In this document: in pieces, positions 52,750-64,000 of the stretch
Position numbering within the stretch: the stretch's first letter is position 1
Layout of the letters: each line of letters opens with the position of its first letter
Source: Raillietiella orientalis
Lineage: Eukaryota
NCBI GenBank assembly: GCA_036172245.1
Contig: JAYWIR010000039.1
Location: 372,001 to 436,000 of the forward strand
DNA length: 64,000 bases
Direction: 5' to 3'
The notes under the pieces: generated by a model
What the model was told of the DNA's origin: nothing
What the model saw: the letters and a program-made list of their open reading frames with translations, nothing else
Databases searched by the model: none
Program-made: the position numbers and the translations under genes

Positions 52750-54180
52750 CCACCTATTTTGCTTGAAGTGGCCTGACACACGTGATGGTGGGTTCCTTGT
52801 GGTGGACGGCTGGTTCGATCCAAATCCGGGAGTCCGATCAATACTTGGATAACCAACTCATCCAGGGATTCGCGCGCCTCCTTCGGATCTCATCAGGTAG
52901 AAGTGCTGCTCACTGAGCGTGCGAAATGCTAGCATGGCAACCGGCAGCCGGGCTGGTATTTCTAAGCTGAACTCCCGGAGAGCGGCGGAGTCCATTTCAT
53001 GTTTCCGGGAGCGGCGCATCCCTCGTTGGGAAGTAGGGACTTCCAGTTCCTGACGCCGGGGGAGCTGGAGCCTCGGCCCAGATTCCGAAGGATGCCCCTT
53101 AGAGGAAGAATTATGGACTTCCCCATGGTGTCAGGGCGGCTCATCTTAAAGCGCTCCGACGGCAGCCAGGGATTGGCATCACTGTGGCCATGCAAACCCC
53201 GAGATCTTCAGCACTTGGAATTCCCCGCTGCGATCGATAGCTGCCTCTGCAGCAAAGCGTGAGTGGATCTCCTGCCGATGCATAAACCTGAGCTCCCGGG
53301 GGCAGGAGGCAGCTCACGTTCCTGGACTCGCATAACGGGAACCGAAACGGAAGAAAAAGAGACTGCCTTCCAGAACTCCCAGGGAACGGGTCAAGGCGAC
53401 TTCGGAGATCTACTGCCTCATCTACTGGCTCGTAGCTACATTCCCTAGGGACAGTGATGAGAGTTGCCCTCCCAAGTGTTCGAGGCCGTGTGCAACTCTC
53501 CTTAGAAACGAGGCGCATCGATGATCGGACCGGCTGGCTCAGTGCTCGCCTGCTTGGAACTGTCCCCAGACGAACCATCAGTCCCTTCTGCCTGTCTGGA
53601 GACCTCTCTCCTGGCTTCGAAGCGGCGCCACGAGGTGGCGCTGTTGTTTCGTTGGGGGACTCCATGCAATCGGTGCCGACGCCGCGCCTGCCCAGAGAAG
53701 CCGTCTCCTCAAATCGGTGAAAACGCGCGGAACACAAGGGCTCTTCGCGGCTTGTGCCAGTGGAAGCTGAACGGCGCTGAGATCCGTCCTGGTTGGGAGG
53801 ATTGCCTAGGCGGCGTCCCGACAGGGGACTTGCTTTCTCACCGAGGAGGGACTCGCGCCGGCTGCGGCGTCTAAAATCACGCGCAGCATCCTAACGTCGC
53901 TCCTGAGCATGTAGAGCACGGGCAGGAACCGTACACCCGCCTCCAACCCAAAGGGAAGTGCGGGGCCGGGAGCTGCCTGGAGGGACAGGTACGAGACGTT
54001 GCGGGCACCGCACACAGATGGCAGACCGGGCCGTTTCTGCGACTGGGCGATGCCCTCTCTTGTCTCCCTCAGCAGACAGCTATTCGAGAGTCCGCAGCGC
54101 GTAGTAGGGCGATCAGTGGCAGCAGCCGCTCTTCGTGATGGCGCGGTCCCTTCCCTGTGAGTTGCCGCCGGGAGAACTCA
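52750..54180 (-). pseudogene. GC-rich decayed retroelement sequence with a CCHC-knuckle remnant (ORF1-like)
   Basis: GPVCHLCAVPATSRTCP near 54030-53985 resembles CxxCxxxGHxxxCP. The rest is fragmented. Confidence 0.35.
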
Positions 54181-54596
54181 TTTTCATACGCTCATTATCG
54201 GTAAGCGAATGCCCCCAAGCTACCGAGTGAGAACCGGACTGTGCTTTGCAAATGAGTTCGATACGTAAGTGTCTTGGCTCTAATCAAGTTTCTGTTTCCG
54301 TCCCATTCCACTCCGTTTCTGTTGGATCTGTTCGTCCATACGATGTTACCTAGGTGATGCCTCTTTTTTTTTTTTTTTATTCACAGCCCAAACAGCCAAT
54401 TTCTTGCTTGCTATGCCCACGAAAAGAACATCCTCTGCACAGATCCTCGTCAGGTGTTTTGGAACACGTCGACCTTGCATGCCCCCCTCCTTGTTTCCTT
54501 CACATTTCACGCACCGATGATTCTGTGGTGCCTGCATGCCATTTTTTACTGCTTCATTCCTTGCCTACCTCGAAAGCTATTTTAAGCGTTGTGCAA

Positions 54597-55387
54597 ATCC
54601 CCATCACTGTGGTTCCCGTGCTCAGTTAGGTGGCGCATCATCGCATCCTGCAGTTTTGGGCACAGCTCTGCAGCCGTACAGCTGGCTCGACACCCAGCAG
54701 CCTCGGCTTGCATCTTACATCACAGCGGCCAAGCACCCGGAGGCGCAGGAACACAAACCATCCCGCGGAAGAATGGTGGTTGTTGGGACGTGTCGAAAAG
54801 CACGCGTAGAAACTGGGGCCATCTTCGATTCGATGTCTCAATACACACCTGATGTGCACCAATCTAGGCTTTCCTTATACGAAGGTGCCGTAGGGGACCG
54901 AGGCAGGGGATGCGAACCCTGTGGGTTGCACAACACGAAAGCACTTCCGGAAGATCAAAAAGTCACCTTAAACGTTGCAACAGTAGCTGGAAGATTTCAC
55001 TTTAAAGTTGGAAAAAAAAAAAAAACGGAAAACTTTCGTGTATCACGGAACTAAAGAAAGTAAAAGAGAGCTCTCGGAGTTTCCTTCGTGTGGAACCCAC
55101 GGACGCGATTTCAGCTCCATCGTCCTGGTTGTTGGAAAATGGATCTTCTTGCTGCGCTGTTCCATCCACGGAAGTTTAAGCGAAAGGGTATTTCCGACCT
55201 CCCTAAAGGACGCGTTGGCGCCATGTTTTTGGCAGCAGCCGTACTGTCCGTGGCTGCGGCCGCACCACAAAATGAAAATTGAAATTCGTCCACGGCGTCG
55301 CGCGGAGCTGATTTACCGCGTTATACGAGGGCCGTCTCCATTTTTCCTGTCGCGCTATTCTCCCCCAGTTATGCGGGGGGTCTGCTG
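54597..55387 (+). repeat. Left arm of a 0.79-kb inverted repeat
   Basis: It is the reverse complement of 63109-63901. ORF translations are identical in several frames; by eye I saw one substitution and an A14/A16 tract difference. Confidence 0.95.
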
Positions 55388-58300
55388 TGCTTCACACACG
55401 TATGGCGATGTCAAAGGCACTTGTGAAAGAAAATATCCCAAATCGGTGGCACGCCTTCGAAACTTGAGCAGCACTTACAAGTTCCGTAATAGACATGGAA
55501 AGTTTAGCTAGAAAATAGAAATAAACAACAAGAAATAGAAAGAGAGGAACAAAGATAGAGAGTTCGTAGGCCATCATCCCACGGAGGAATCAGGTTCGAT
55601 CTGTGCTTTTCCGTTCCACTAGCCCTTGGGAATATTCGATGAAGTCATCGCAGAAGGGAATATTCCCCCCTCCCCCCACAGGGTCTTCGTTCGAGACAGC
55701 GCATTTGCTCATTCAATTAGGTCCCAACCCGAACGGCGCCGGGAATGATCGAATGAGTAAATTTTAAAGTAATGGGGAGAAATCCTATGCACCTTTCGAA
55801 AATGCCGAAATCTTTCCGGCTAAAAAAAAAAAAACTCTTAGCTTATCAACAAATAGATGACACGCGGCAAGCCCTGAACCTTCCGCAACTGAACTATCAG
55901 TAGCGCGCTGAAAACGTCACTGCAGAAGGTTTCCTGTTTCCTGCTAGAGAGCAGCCATATTTCGTCTGCCGGTGCCAGTTTCCGCTGATGTCTCAGTGGC
56001 TGCAGACCGCCTGTGCACAGCATCTTGTGTTAAACCAAAAGCAGAGAACTGAAAGTCCCCCCCCCTCCAAAAAAAAAAACAAACACTCGTAAGCAAAACA
56101 AAGGACAGAAGGAAGGACCACTCTTCTCCGTGTGATGACCGCGTTCAACAAGTGGAGAGTCGCACGCGGCAAACTACATAAAGGACCAAAAAGCTCTTTC
56201 CTTCCGATGTACGACTGCTCCTATAATTAGCTGAAGTTTCAGTTCGGGGCAGGTCACTGGGGTGGGAAAAATACATCAGGCAAAGTCTTAAAGGCAACGC
56301 GTTTGTTAATTTGCCGTACCCAAAGGCGAATTTCCGAGTCCCATGGCAAGCTTACGTGCAAAAATTTTTCCTTCGAGGTGCGTTTGCTGTGCGAGCGGAT
56401 TCCGGGGAGACCTGCCCGTTGCTAAGGTACCTCCGGATAGCGGAAATCTGCGTGTCTGCCTCTCGCGCCGAGGACGCGACCTGAAAATTCTTTTCTAGGC
56501 TTCCGAAGTGTCTCAAATCGTGCATTTGAGGACAATTTTTCCCTTACTCCCGCGAGTCCGAAGCTCACCAGTTAAAACAGGATCGGGATGCAACTGGATC
56601 AGGGGACGAACTCCGCCGTAGCAAGTTGCATCCTAATGATCCAGGCCTGCCTTCTAGGGCGAGATTTGGAAAAAAGGACCCTTGGAAACTGCCACTCTGC
56701 ACTTTCCTGTTCCGATCCCTGTGGAACCAGTTTGGAGGCGCCGTGTAATTAACACGATTGCAGCTCTACGGTTCTGGGCTGATTGGCTTAGCTCTGAGCT
56801 CTCAGTTTATCGGATGATTCTCGGGAATGGCGTAATGAGGTGTTTTACATGCATAATTTTTCTAAAGGGTATTGCAGATCCCAGTTTGAGTGTGTGTTGA
56901 GCGTTCTACTTATCTTGAAAAAAAAGAAAAAAAAAAAAACTTTGATCTTCGTCTAGAGAACTTTACCGTAAGGAATAAAAATTTCACCCTTTCGACACCA
57001 GGAAGCAAGAATCCCTCCCTCTTTTTTTTGCAGATCCTTTCAGGAAACAAAGAATTGCGTCGATGTGGGTGGTCTCGCTTTTGGACGAAACAAATACAGG
57101 AGAAATACTGAAAATTGAAGGAAGCAAAAGCAAGGAGAGATGCAGATCCTCGTCATGATTCGATGGAGAGATGTGATGAATTCACACTTCGCGACGAAGT
57201 TTCCATAATGCCAAGTAGGTTTACATATCAGTCGATCAGTCGGCAAGCGATTCATCTTGGCAAAGGGTGTATCTTCGATGTGCACATTTTAGTAAGTAGG
57301 CTCTTTTTAAATCTTGTGGATTCTTTGCCAGTTCCCTTATCGTTAATGATGCTTGTCGTGTCAACGTAATGCATGAAAAAACCGGAAGCATTACGGACTT
57401 CGAGAAGTCCCAAAAAGTACGCGGGAAGATCTCAAAAAGTGGATGGATAGACTCATCTTATCTGGGCTCTCTTCATCCGGATTCCATAATCTACAAAGAG
57501 CTGTAGATGCTCCTGTTCATTAATCAGCAGCAGTGTCTGTGGGAAAACAAAGATAGGATGCTCCCCGAAAATTGTTCACTTGCCCTTCTTACCATACGGA
57601 GCATCGATCCGTGTTCCATCTCCATGCAAATTTCCATTTCACTGTTCCCCAACGGGGGTTCGTGCATGCACCCCTTCCACAGTAGCGGTACCCTTTCACC
57701 CATAACGATGATTGGTCAGTTTGAATTCGAAATCAAAGGGTAGTCACCGACAGCACAAGTGACAGTGAGATTTGCACAAAAGCAAAAGCAGAGATGGATC
57801 CATGGTATGAACCAACGGTCAGCTAGCTATCCATTCCGAGCGAATGTACATAATAGGTATCTACTCAATGTACTTATTTTGTGAAACCTTAATTCTGATT
57901 TTGGAAACATATGTGGGTTTACGAAGATGGCGCCCCAACTATTCTACTTTTTAGTGTCACAGAAAAGTGAAAGCCGAGTAGTGAATGTGGACAACACATA
58001 GTGTTAGTGATTGTGTATAAGTGCGTGAAACGCTCCCGTTGAGAAGGCAAAAGGACCGTGACCTTTTCGAACCTCCCTAAGAGTGAAAATAAATCTCAAG
58101 ATGCAAGCAAGTGCAGGGTCTCTCTCAATATTCACGAAACGCCGGTCACTGGTAGCCTGGTCATGCAACCTGTGCAGCCGGGTTCATTGACGATCGCAAT
58201 CCAAACACGATGATTACGAACTCAGCATCCCAAACGAAAGCTTGCTTTTCCTTTTAAAAGTTCATGCGCATTCATTTATTCTCCCTTGGTCGATTTCCTC

Positions 58301-59169
58301 TGGGTTCGTCCTCTTCGTTCACTGACACCGAGGAAGGTGAACCCAAAGGGAAAGTCGCTCGACATAACTTATTCATCCAAAGCATGGGAAGGGGATGCAG
58401 GGAGGGGGGGTATCTAACGCTTGGGAAGCCTCGAGCTTTTCCTACTTCCGTGCATCTGATTTAATGAAGCCCTTTGCTCCTCGGCACTCTGAAGAGATTG
58501 CTCCCGCAAAGATTGATTCCCGGCTCGCATCTTCTATCTGTCTGCTTATTACACTCGCGGCTTTCACGACTTTCTTCCAAGAAACCCCATCAAGTTAGTT
58601 TGTGGCAAACAGAGGGACCGGATCTTCGAGGTTGGGGTGTGTAACGTGTTCTGTTGTCGTTCCCAAGCCCTTCTGCTCTTCACGTTTTCCCCTGCCATTC
58701 TCCTTATGGTTTTCCTTCGCATTCAGGGACCCTCGTGCGAGCGCCAATTCCACGGTGATCAGAGAGTTCATTTTCTTCTCAGCAGCTGATTTGCTTGTCA
58801 GCGCATCGCTGACTTGAATAAACTTTGCCCCATTGGTACGCCATCGATTCTCTTTTTACGCCGACTCTGCTTTCTCTTTGCTAGAGTTCAGCTCGGTTAC
58901 CTTCGACAAGGAGGTCGCTGACAGTAGGTAATCGGCGTCAGGAACTTCTTTGCAAGTCTACTTTCCGCCAAATCCCATGTCGACGTCATGACCACATCCA
59001 TCCTTTGCACAGACACCACCCTCTCTCTCTCTTTTTCTTTGGCTCGCTAAGTACCCGGGAACCGTTCTCCTTACGAGCTCGGAGCCGCCAGGAGAACGGC
59101 TCCCGGGTACGTTCGAGAAGACAAGCTCTTTAACACCGTTCCAGGTCAACCGGCGGTGAGTGTTCACTC

Positions 59170-61431
59170 TTTAAGTTGTAGGGGGTACCTCCGGGAGTGG
59201 ACCACCTATGAATCCAGGAAGGCTCTGGAGTAAAAGATTTTGTTCTTTTTATGCTTGGTAGGCAACCCCAAAGGGATTCTCTTCTCTCTGGAAAGGAACC
59301 TCCCGGAAAGAGACAGTTCTGGTTGCCTCCTCTCAAAGGAGCCCCGGAGGGACGCTTCCCGACTTCTCTGAGGGGTGCGTTGCTCTCCGAAGAGAGCAGT
59401 ATGCTTCTTCACACTTTGGAGAGACATCAACCAACCAGCTCCATCGTGCGCGATGGAGGGTCGCCCCCTGACCTCCCCTCCATTTCCACAACCAGAGGAG
59501 AACCCCCAAGAGCTCCTTGATTCCTGGAAGGACTCCGGAGGGTCAACTTCCAATCCCGTTTAGTCAACGGGGAGCATCCGGCTTTTACCAGTGCCGCGCC
59601 CGAAGCCACACTGACGTGTTTTTCTCTCGCTTCGCTGCTGGTGTGTCGACTTCTTTTTTTAAAGTGTTTTGTATGGATTCGGTGGTGGCTAAGGCAGTGA
59701 TTCCTAGAATCACCACCAAGGAAGGCCGGAGGAAGATGCCCGCTTGGGATCTCCCCCAGGGGCTATGAAGGTGGAGGAGACCGTCCTACAGAATCGTCCC
59801 TCGCGCCAGCGAGGGCCTGGAACGCCGTCTTCAGAAAGCAATGCAGGCTCTCGGTCCGTTTTAAAGAGGCAGATTTTACCTGCCGGAACGGGACGCGGTG
59901 TGGAACATCTTCTCAATCCCCCTCCTCTGTCTCCTGCTTCTTGTTTGCGCCCCGCCATACAGCATTAGGAAGCGGACAAAAGACCTCCTCCGGATCACCT
60001 TCTGAGGCAAAGGGAGATCCCGAGTTCACCTAAAGAACTCATGCACTCTAAGCCGGGCCGGCAGCCTAGGCCTCCTGACGCTGAGGAGAATGGAGCTGCA
60101 GGTCTATTTTCGACCAATTGATCTCGTGACAAACCTCTGAAGTGCCGCCTGGTGCCAACCTGCACGTCTTCTCGTCCAGCAAGCCACCGGCAGCGTGGGA
60201 CTCGCATTCTTCCTTGCGTGCCCTCCACGCAGGACTGCACCTTCGGCAGGTGGTCACGCTGGCCAGAAAAAACGGATGGATTTCGTGCCGACTTATGAGT
60301 GGTAGCGCCTGGTTGCAGGGAACCGTTTGCACGTGGGTGAGGATCCAGGAACCAAGCGCGGAACAGGTGCGACGTTTCCTGTACGCGCGCAACCACAACT
60401 GCACGCTCCGAGAGATCCTGGAAGATCCCGCGAAGAGTGCCTGGGCAAGCAGAACCACCCTTGCCGCCGAGCTTCCCTCACTTAGGGAACACATGGACAG
60501 CAGCCTTACGGCTAGATGGGAGGTTACTGTGGACATTTCCGGGAGGAGAAGAGGACTGGGCGAGTTAACTTTAGGCGAGTGGACCCCAAGTGCTCGACCT
60601 CGCTCTGGAGAGATAGCAACCAACCAGCTCCATCGTGCTCGATGGAGGGTCGCCTCTGACCTCCCCTCCATTTCCACAACCGGAAAATACATAATACCCT
60701 TCCTCCGCAATACTTGCAGTGGCCCTTAGCGCTGAAGAGCAACCGGGCCTTCCCCGTGAAGTGGCAGGAGTCGGCGTTGATGCTGCTGCACTGGAGCCTC
60801 CCGTGCAACGCCTGTAGGCATCACTGGACACGGTGTGTGTGTGTGGACCACAACTGTGCAAGGTGCGGGGAGCGGGAAACCCTCCCGCACCTCCTAGTGG
60901 ACTGTTTTGCCCTCCGGCTCCCTTTGGGAACGCTTTGCCACGACCCTCAGAGCCCCCGGCAGCAACGCCAGAGACGTGATGCGGTTCCTCTTTGTGAGAG
61001 ACGTCCTGCAGCCAGCAGTAGCTCTTGCAGCGCTTTGCTGTCTACGCAGGATCACGACTGCACGGAGCAACTCCAGAGGAGTCCAGAACGACAGGGACGC
61101 CATCTATTTTGCTGTCCTCTTCATGAGGACAGCGTCAAGATGGTTCCATCTGGGAGTCTTGAAACATGAACTTGCAAGCATCCTTACAAGGATGCAGAGG
61201 ACGCCCTCCAGAACACAGTGATCCCTTCCTGAGCCACCCCATTTTAGGACTGTGTGTTTTTGTTTTCTTTTATTTTTTCTTTTTGTTTGTCTTTCCATCC
61301 CGTGTGCTGCCGAGGCGAACCCTGCTGGCCTGCGTGCCAGTTCCCGGTAGGTTCTTTCTCATAGTTATAAGTAACGTGGCGGGATCGAATGTCCTGCCAC
61401 AGACTTGTGTGTTTATTTTTTATAAATAAAC
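59170..61431 (+). mobile_element. Module M (59170-59585) followed by a 5'-truncated Tx1/L1-clade LINE (post-RT ORF2 ~59740-61220 plus 3'-UTR)
   Basis: Broken frames give LGISP, AWNAVFRK, WNIFSIPLL..PP, TF*GKGRSRVHL..AGSLGL and the zf-RVT-like LHWSLPCN..CARCGERETLPHLLVDC. The 3'-UTR has hairpins and AATAAA. Confidence 0.82.
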
Positions 61432-61650
61432 GCTCCGGGCGTGACCGGATGTCAACCAGTGCCTCTCCCGAAGCCGACCGAGGCCAACCAGCGCCACCCT
61501 GCGTGGCGGACTCGAAACCCGCAACGGCGCCTCCCCGTTCTCGGCGTCGATGCTTTGCTCCGGGCAGGATTCGAACCCGCGATGCGTGGTAATACGCGCG
61601 CAGCGGAGACCGCAGAGGAGACCGCCAACGCGCAGGTGGTTGACTCTGAA
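61432..61650 (-). mobile_element. tRNA-derived (SINE-like) Pol III unit, paralog of 52390-52600
   Basis: The minus strand has B box GGGTTCGAATCC and a second GGTTTCGAGTCC. Shared blocks on + include ACCAGTG, CCAACCA, GGACTCGAAACCC, TTCTCGGCGT.GAT, GCGGAGACCGC and CTCTGAAG. Confidence 0.6.
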
Positions 61651-63108
61651 GGCAGGCAAGGCGCCGCCGTCGCAAGTCAACAAGCTCTTGTGCACCTGTT
61701 CCCGCAGGGAACCTCGCATGCGAGGCGCTGCGCTCGATGTCTCCAAGGGTGCATCTTCAACCACTGTACACGCAACTCCCACTAAGTGGCGGGGAGCCCC
61801 GCGAAGAGATCAGGAAGGTGGAGGTCGGCCAACAGTAATCGGCCCCTCTTCCGATCTGCCCATCTCGACCTACGATGCAGGAGGTGCTCTGTTCAGCCGA
61901 GGTCGCAGCTGGCGAACGACGCTCTCGATCTCTTTGCTTTTGCGTCCTTAAAATTCTTGAAAAGCGGACCGTGTCCATGATGCACAGGAAGCGTGGTAAA
62001 CGCTTACCGGGGATCCGATCAAAGAAGTGTTCTGAGATTCTTCAACTCTTCCTTGTTTTTCAACAAACTCCTTCTTGATCCGCACGGGGTTTGCCAGCAG
62101 CGACACAGAATGTCGGCTTGGTGTAAGGAAAGCGCCAACAAAACACGAGTTGCGACGGAAAGTCACTGACCCGGAGAACGGGCAGAACAATAAAAGTGGG
62201 ATCGAGGAAACGATTAAAACCGGCACACAATGCACGGAGCGCGTAAAAGTCGGGATACGTCTTTCATTAATGTCAAGGTTCTCGGACACCTGGATGGTAT
62301 CGAGGAGGACCATCAAGAAGGCCCCAGAAACCTCCCGCCATGTTTCCACTCCCGTCAGAAGAGGGAACCTATTCCGCACTTTTTCTTGAATCCCCGATTT
62401 CATGCCTTCGAGTTACCATGGCTTCGGAAGCAACTTCCACGGAACTGGCTTCAAGGAAGGCTGCGATCCTGAGAGCTCGGATGGTCGCCTTAGCGGCGGA
62501 CCTACGCCCGCAAGCTGAGAGTGCGTTTCGACAAGATTAGGAAGGTAACATAACTCTTCCCAGGAAGCAGCTCTTGATCAGGTGGCATTCGGGGACGCCG
62601 ATTACTCCATTTGCAAACGAGTCTTTTGACCAACGGAAAAGAAAAAAAAAAACGCCCTGTTATCTTGCGGAATTCGTCCTGCAGAGCAGCACGAGAACAT
62701 ACTCCGATGCTGCAGATAAAGCATCCCCGAATGCATCCGACGCTTGTATAGCTTCTCCGGTGGGGAGAGAGGATATCCAAAGCAAAACTCTATTTTAGTC
62801 CTTATTTGCTCATTAGCTATTTGGACAGATTACAGCGAGGAAAAGTCCATCCATTAAGCGGAGAAAAACTTTCGTGGAGCGCGGCTCCTGACCAAATATT
62901 TACCTGTCACTTGGGGAGTAGGAAGACAGTGCTTTTAAGGGGTGTTTTCATTAGGGAGAGCGGCAGCTACAGAAAATCACCAAATGTGGAGGATGCTTCA
63001 GCTGCCATTAGGAATCCGTTACGCTTTCCTCTCTTCAATCAAAGAGCAGAATTCACAAAAACTTCACAGTCCAACCATTCATTCAGCCTCGCCAGCAGTT
63101 TCCATATG

Positions 63109-63901
63109 CAGCAGACCCCCCGCATAACTGGGGGAGAATAGCGCGACAGGAAAAATGGAGACGGCCCTCGTATAACGCGGTAAATCAGCTCCGCGCGACG
63201 CCGTGGACGAATTTCAATTTTCATTTTGTGGTGCGGCCGCAGCCACGGACAGTACGGCTGCTGCCAAAAACATGGCGCCAACGCGTCCTTTAGGGAGGTC
63301 GGAAATACCCTTTCGCTTAAACTTCCGTGGATGGAACAGCGCAGCAAGAAGATCCATTTTCCAACAACCAGGACGATGGAGCTGAAATCGCGTCCGTGGG
63401 TTCCACACGAAGGAAACTCCGAGAGCTCTCTTTTACTTTCTTTAGTTCCGTGATACACGAAAGTTTTCCGTTTTTTTTTTTTTTTTCCAACTTTAAAGTG
63501 AAATCTTCCAGCTACTGTTGCAACGTTTAAGGTGACTTTTTGATCTTCCGGAAGTGCTTTCGTGTTGTGCAACCCACAGGGTTCGCATCCCCTGCCTCGG
63601 TCCCCTACGGCACCTTCGTATAAGGAAAGCCTAGATTGGTGCACATCAGGTGTGTATTGAGACATCGAATCGAAGATGGCCCCAGTTTCTACGCGTGCTT
63701 TTCGACACGTCCCAACAACCACCATTCTTCCGCGGGATGGTTTGTGTTCCTGCGCCTCCGGGTGCTTGGCCGCTGTGATGTAAGATGCAAGCCGAGGCTG
63801 CTGGGTGTCGAGCCAGCTGTACGGCTGCAGAGCTGTGCCCAAAACTGCAGGATGCGATGATGCGCCACCTAACTAAGCACGGGAACCACAGTGATGGGGA
63901 T
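63109..63901 (-). repeat. Right arm of the 0.79-kb inverted repeat
   Basis: It is the reverse complement of 54597-55387. Confidence 0.95.
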
Positions 63902-64000
63902 CTTGAAACTGCTGTAACGCATCGTGAGGGGTCCACTGTAATTTTTATACATGTGTGAGTCATTTTTTGGCCTTACTCTGTTATTTGTTCACTTTTATTG

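Noticed and set aside
54265..54300. Second U2-like fragment (TTGGCTCTAATCAAGT)
   Set aside because: The match is too short and gapped to beat chance.
54597..55387. Helitron, DIRS or Polinton terminus
   Set aside because: No CTRR end, no AGTAGT start, and no tyrosine recombinase or polymerase between the arms.
61950..62720. Plus-strand ORF1-like remnant with knuckle traces
   Set aside because: It needs several assumed frameshifts and is too degenerate to call.
63039..63842. 267-aa ORF as a gene
   Set aside because: It is open only because of a homopolymer length difference; the twin arm is frameshifted and no domain is recognisable.

Overview
AT-rich animal (probably invertebrate) genomic DNA. 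A compact gene cluster holds proteasome beta-type 1 (PSMB1, +) tail-to-tail with MBF1/EDF1 (-), an intronless mitochondrial ketoacyl synthase (OXSM, +), and an intronless-CDS Rab14 (+) tail-to-tail with an apparently intact meiotic helicase HFM1/MER3 (-, about 21.7 kb). Most introns are 40-60 nt micro-introns, and AAG acceptors are unusually frequent. The left end is a mariner split by two nested insertions, followed by a hAT MITE. HFM1's large introns hold decayed hAT-type transposases and a 34-nt U2 snRNA 5' fragment between 6-bp direct repeats. The right ~18 kb is a graveyard of Tx1/L1-clade LINEs. Two diverged copies there share a GC-rich repetitive module, a truncated ORF2, covarying 3' hairpins, a two-strand AATAAA palindrome and an antisense tRNA-like Pol III unit. 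A near-identical 0.79-kb inverted repeat pair is also present. Gene models and family calls come from manual translation and remembered motifs; no searches were run.
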